Assembly (NCBI GenBank): GCA_965237805.1
Contig: OZ250153.1
Coordinates: 1,440,001-1,504,000, forward strand
DNA length: 64,000 bases
Direction: 5' to 3'
Origin: Gammaproteobacteria bacterium
GTDB taxonomy: Bacteria > Pseudomonadota > Gammaproteobacteria > JABABF01
The notes beneath the pieces were generated by a model. It saw only the letters and a list, made by a program, of their open reading frames with translations. It searched no databases and was not told the DNA's origin. Positions 61,566 to 64,000 of this stretch are shown in pieces. Both the position numbers and the translations under genes were made by a program. The number at the start of each line of letters is the position of its first letter. Position 1 is the stretch's first letter.

Positions 61566-63496
61566 TGGTGCGGGCGCTGTGGCTGGTGGCCGCCATGGCC
61601 GCAGTCTGGCCGCTGTCCGCAGCGGCCGATGCCGCGCTGGGCGGGGTTGTCTCAGCTCCTGCCTTGTTGCCGGTGGAGCAGGCTTTCGTCATGCGGGCGG
61701 AGCGGCTCGACGGGCAGCGGGTGGCCGTGCAGCTATTACCCGCTCCCGGCTATTACCTGTATCGCGAGCGGCTCAATTTCAGTGCGGTGCCGCCGCTCGT
61801 TTTGAGTGGTGCGGTGCAGCTGCCAGCGGCGCGGATCATCGACGATCCATTTATGGGACGTACCGGCATCTACGAGGATTTTGTCACCGTCGAATTGGGG
61901 CTGGACGAGGTACCGAGTACGAGCCGCTGGCTGGAGTTGGAAGTCTCCGCCCAGGGTTGCTCCAGTGCGCCAGCCGTGTGCTATCCGCCATTCAAGCGCC
62001 GTCTGAAGTTTCTGAATACGCGCTCTGGTAGCGCCTCTGTTATGGGTGGCGGTGCCCCCGATGTCGAAGCGCCAGCGGCGTTGGAACTGGTGGCGACGGC
62101 GAGTGAGGCGAAGCGGCAGGCTGCTGTCCCCGCCGCAGCTCCGCCGGAGCGTTGGAGCAACCCCACTTCGCGCTGGCTACCATCGCAATTGGCCGATCGT
62201 TTGGCGCGTGGCGGCGGCACAGTTTATGGCATGCTGGCGCTGTTCTTTGGGCTCGGCCTGTTGCTCGCCTTTACGCCCTGTGTACTGCCGATGTTGCCGG
62301 TGGTTGCAGCCATGGTGGTCGGCGTGTCGGCGGACAATCCCGGCCGCGGCGGGCAGTGGCGAGGCACCGCTTTGGTGCTGGCCTATGTGTTGTCCTTGGC
62401 CTTGGCATGGGCTGTGGCAGGCCTCGCTGCTGGCGCGGTTGGCAGCAGCTTGCAGGGCCTGTTACAACAGCCTGCGGTGCTGATTGGAACCGCACTGTTA
62501 TTGCTGCTGTTGGGGGTGGTCGCGATCGGTCTGCTCAAGATCGATCAGTGGTTGGTGCCGCGCCATGTCAGCAGCAGCAAGTGGCCGCCGTTGCGGGGAG
62601 TGGGCGGTGCGGTGGTGATGGGTGTGCTGTCTGCCTTGGTCCTGAGTCCCTGTGTCAGTCCGGCCTTGGTCGGGGCGCTGCTTTATCTGGCGCAGGGTGG
62701 CAGTGCCCTGCGGGGTGGAGCCGCGCTGTTTGCGATGGGGCTGGGTATGGGGCTGCCGCTGCTGTTATTGGCCGCCGGTGGTCAGCGCTTTGTGCCACGG
62801 CCAGGGCCTTGGTTGAAAGGCGTGCAATGTTTTGTCGGCCTGTTGTTGGCAACGCTCTCGCTGTGGTTGCTATCGCGGGTTTTGTCAGCCGAGGCCATTT
62901 TGGCGGTGTTGGCCACCTTGTGCGTGGTATTTGCCGTTTGGTGGAGTGGCTCAGTGCGCTGCAGTGCGACCGGTCGCCTCGTCGGCATGCTGGTGCTGAT
63001 CGCCCTCAGCGCTGTGTTGTTCTACGCCGCCACCGGTCGCTGGAGCGCCTCCCTGCCGGGTGCATCGTCGGTTGGGACGGTCGCCGAGACACGCTTGGGC
63101 GATCACTGGAGCCGCGTCCGCGTCGCCGACACTGAGGCATTGCGGCGCAGCGTGGCCGCCGCCGGGCGACCGGCGCTGCTCTTTGTCAGCGCGGACTGGT
63201 GCACGGTATGCCATCGTATGGAGCGTAGCACCTTTGCCGATGCCACCGTGCGCGACTTGCTGGCCGAGGCGCGGCTACTCTACCTTGATGTCACCCGTAA
63301 CGGCGCATCCGAGCGCCGTTTGATGACCGAGCTGCAGCTGTTCGGGCCGCCAGCGCTACTGTTTTTCGATGATGCCGGGCGGGAGCTGCTGTGGGCGCGG
63401 CGGGTCGGCTATGTTGCTGCCGCCGAATTGATCGATCTCGCCGAGTCTGTGTTCGGCGCGGGTTCAGTCCTTGCTGGTCAGGTTGAAACGCCTTAG
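61565..63496 (+). CDS. dsbD: Thiol:disulfide interchange protein DsbD
   Basis: DsbD-alpha GYYLY and QGC...CYPP, membrane TPCVLPM and SPC, C-terminal WCTVC thioredoxin domain. Confidence 0.95.
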   Translation: MVRALWLVAAMAAVWPLSAAADAALGGVVSAPALLPVEQAFVMRAERLDGQRVAVQLLPAPGYYLYRERLNFSAVPPLVLSGAVQLPAARIIDDPFMGRTGIYEDFVTVELGLDEVPSTSRWLELEVSAQGCSSAPAVCYPPFKRRLKFLNTRSGSASVMGGGAPDVEAPAALELVATASEAKRQAAVPAAAPPERWSNPTSRWLPSQLADRLARGGGTVYGMLALFFGLGLLLAFTPCVLPMLPVVAAMVVGVSADNPGRGGQWRGTALVLAYVLSLALAWAVAGLAAGAVGSSLQGLLQQPAVLIGTALLLLLLGVVAIGLLKIDQWLVPRHVSSSKWPPLRGVGGAVVMGVLSALVLSPCVSPALVGALLYLAQGGSALRGGAALFAMGLGMGLPLLLLAAGGQRFVPRPGPWLKGVQCFVGLLLATLSLWLLSRVLSAEAILAVLATLCVVFAVWWSGSVRCSATGRLVGMLVLIALSAVLFYAATGRWSASLPGASSVGTVAETRLGDHWSRVRVADTEALRRSVAAAGRPALLFVSADWCTVCHRMERSTFADATVRDLLAEARLLYLDVTRNGASERRLMTELQLFGPPALLFFDDAGRELLWARRVGYVAAAELIDLAESVFGAGSVLAGQVETP

Positions 63497-64000
63497 CAAC
63501 ATGGGCATCGTCGGTGCCTGTACCAGCAAGCTGAACAACACCACGCCGTAGCAGATGGATTGCACCGTCCACCAGTAGGGCAAATCGTGTGGCAGCGACA
63601 GCGCCAAGGCCAGTGCGACACCGCCGCGCAGACCGCCCCACACCAAGATTGGCTGGTAGTGTGCGGGCAGCTTGCGCTTGGTGATCAGCGTGCCCAGCCA
63701 GACACTGCCGTAGATGGCAATGACGCGCGCCAGCAGCACCGCCACGATGCCGATGATCATGGCGAGCCAGCGCTCGCGGAACATATTCACCGTGATTGTC
63801 AGCCCCATCAGGGCGAAGACCAAGGCGTTGAATAGGTGGGCGAGGGCGACCCACACGGTGTGTAGTCGCTGGTGCTCTTCGGCGTCGATCGTTTTTTGGT
63901 GATTGCGGTGCAAGAGCAATGCTGCGGTCAGCACCGCCATGACACCGGACACATGGCACAGCGCCTCGGCGATGTAGAAAGCACCGTAGGCGGTCAGCAA
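63464..64000 (-). CDS. CPA1-family Na+/H+ antiporter, C-terminal part
   Basis: AE...VSGVMAV, NALVF.LMG, WGGLRGG.ALALAL and VV.FS.LVQ motifs; runs off the window. Confidence 0.9.
   Translation of the reverse strand: MLTAYGAFYIAEALCHVSGVMAVLTAALLLHRNHQKTIDAEEHQRLHTVWVALAHLFNALVFALMGLTITVNMFRERWLAMIIGIVAVLLARVIAIYGSVWLGTLITKRKLPAHYQPILVWGGLRGGVALALALSLPHDLPYWWTVQSICYGVVLFSLLVQAPTMPMLLRRFNLTSKD

Noticed and set aside
62152-63135. 327-aa alternative-frame ORF within dsbD
   Set aside because: Low-complexity off-frame product.

Overview
GC-rich gammaproteobacterial chromosome segment with a Pseudomonadales/Cellvibrionales-like gene order. It is almost entirely tightly packed housekeeping genes: mltB-dacA-lipB-lipA, feoAB, miaB-phoH-ybeY-corC-lnt-leuS-lptE-holA, aroQ-accBC-fis-purHD-coq7, coaBC/radC-rpmBG-mutM, rsmD-coaD-ggt, ftsEX-rpoH, trxA-rho-lptM-lysA-dapF-xerC, parC-serB, tRNA-Val(CAC), gpmI-envC-ctpA and dsbD. 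Many genes usually found in these operons are absent here (rlpA, prmA/dusB, ftsY, thiS/thiG, amtB, grxC/secB), which suggests streamlining, possibly of a host-associated bacterium. The main signals are: (1) an AT-rich two-gene insert (ABC/AAA_15-type ATPase plus a small PD-(D/E)xK-like nuclease) inside the essential leuS-lptE-holA operon, a candidate undescribed anti-phage system; (2) a tRNA-Val 3' half and trailer that form a degenerate mosaic copy of the neighbouring ctpA gene; (3) a P-II protein lacking Tyr51, with no amtB after it; (4) an HsaA-like monooxygenase coupled to a PPOX/F420-type protein, next to a sulfotransferase split at a poly-C tract. Several 1-nt frameshifts (holA, rpmG) look like long-read indel errors. 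No CRISPR array, rRNA or prophage was seen. All family assignments are from motif recognition, not database searches.
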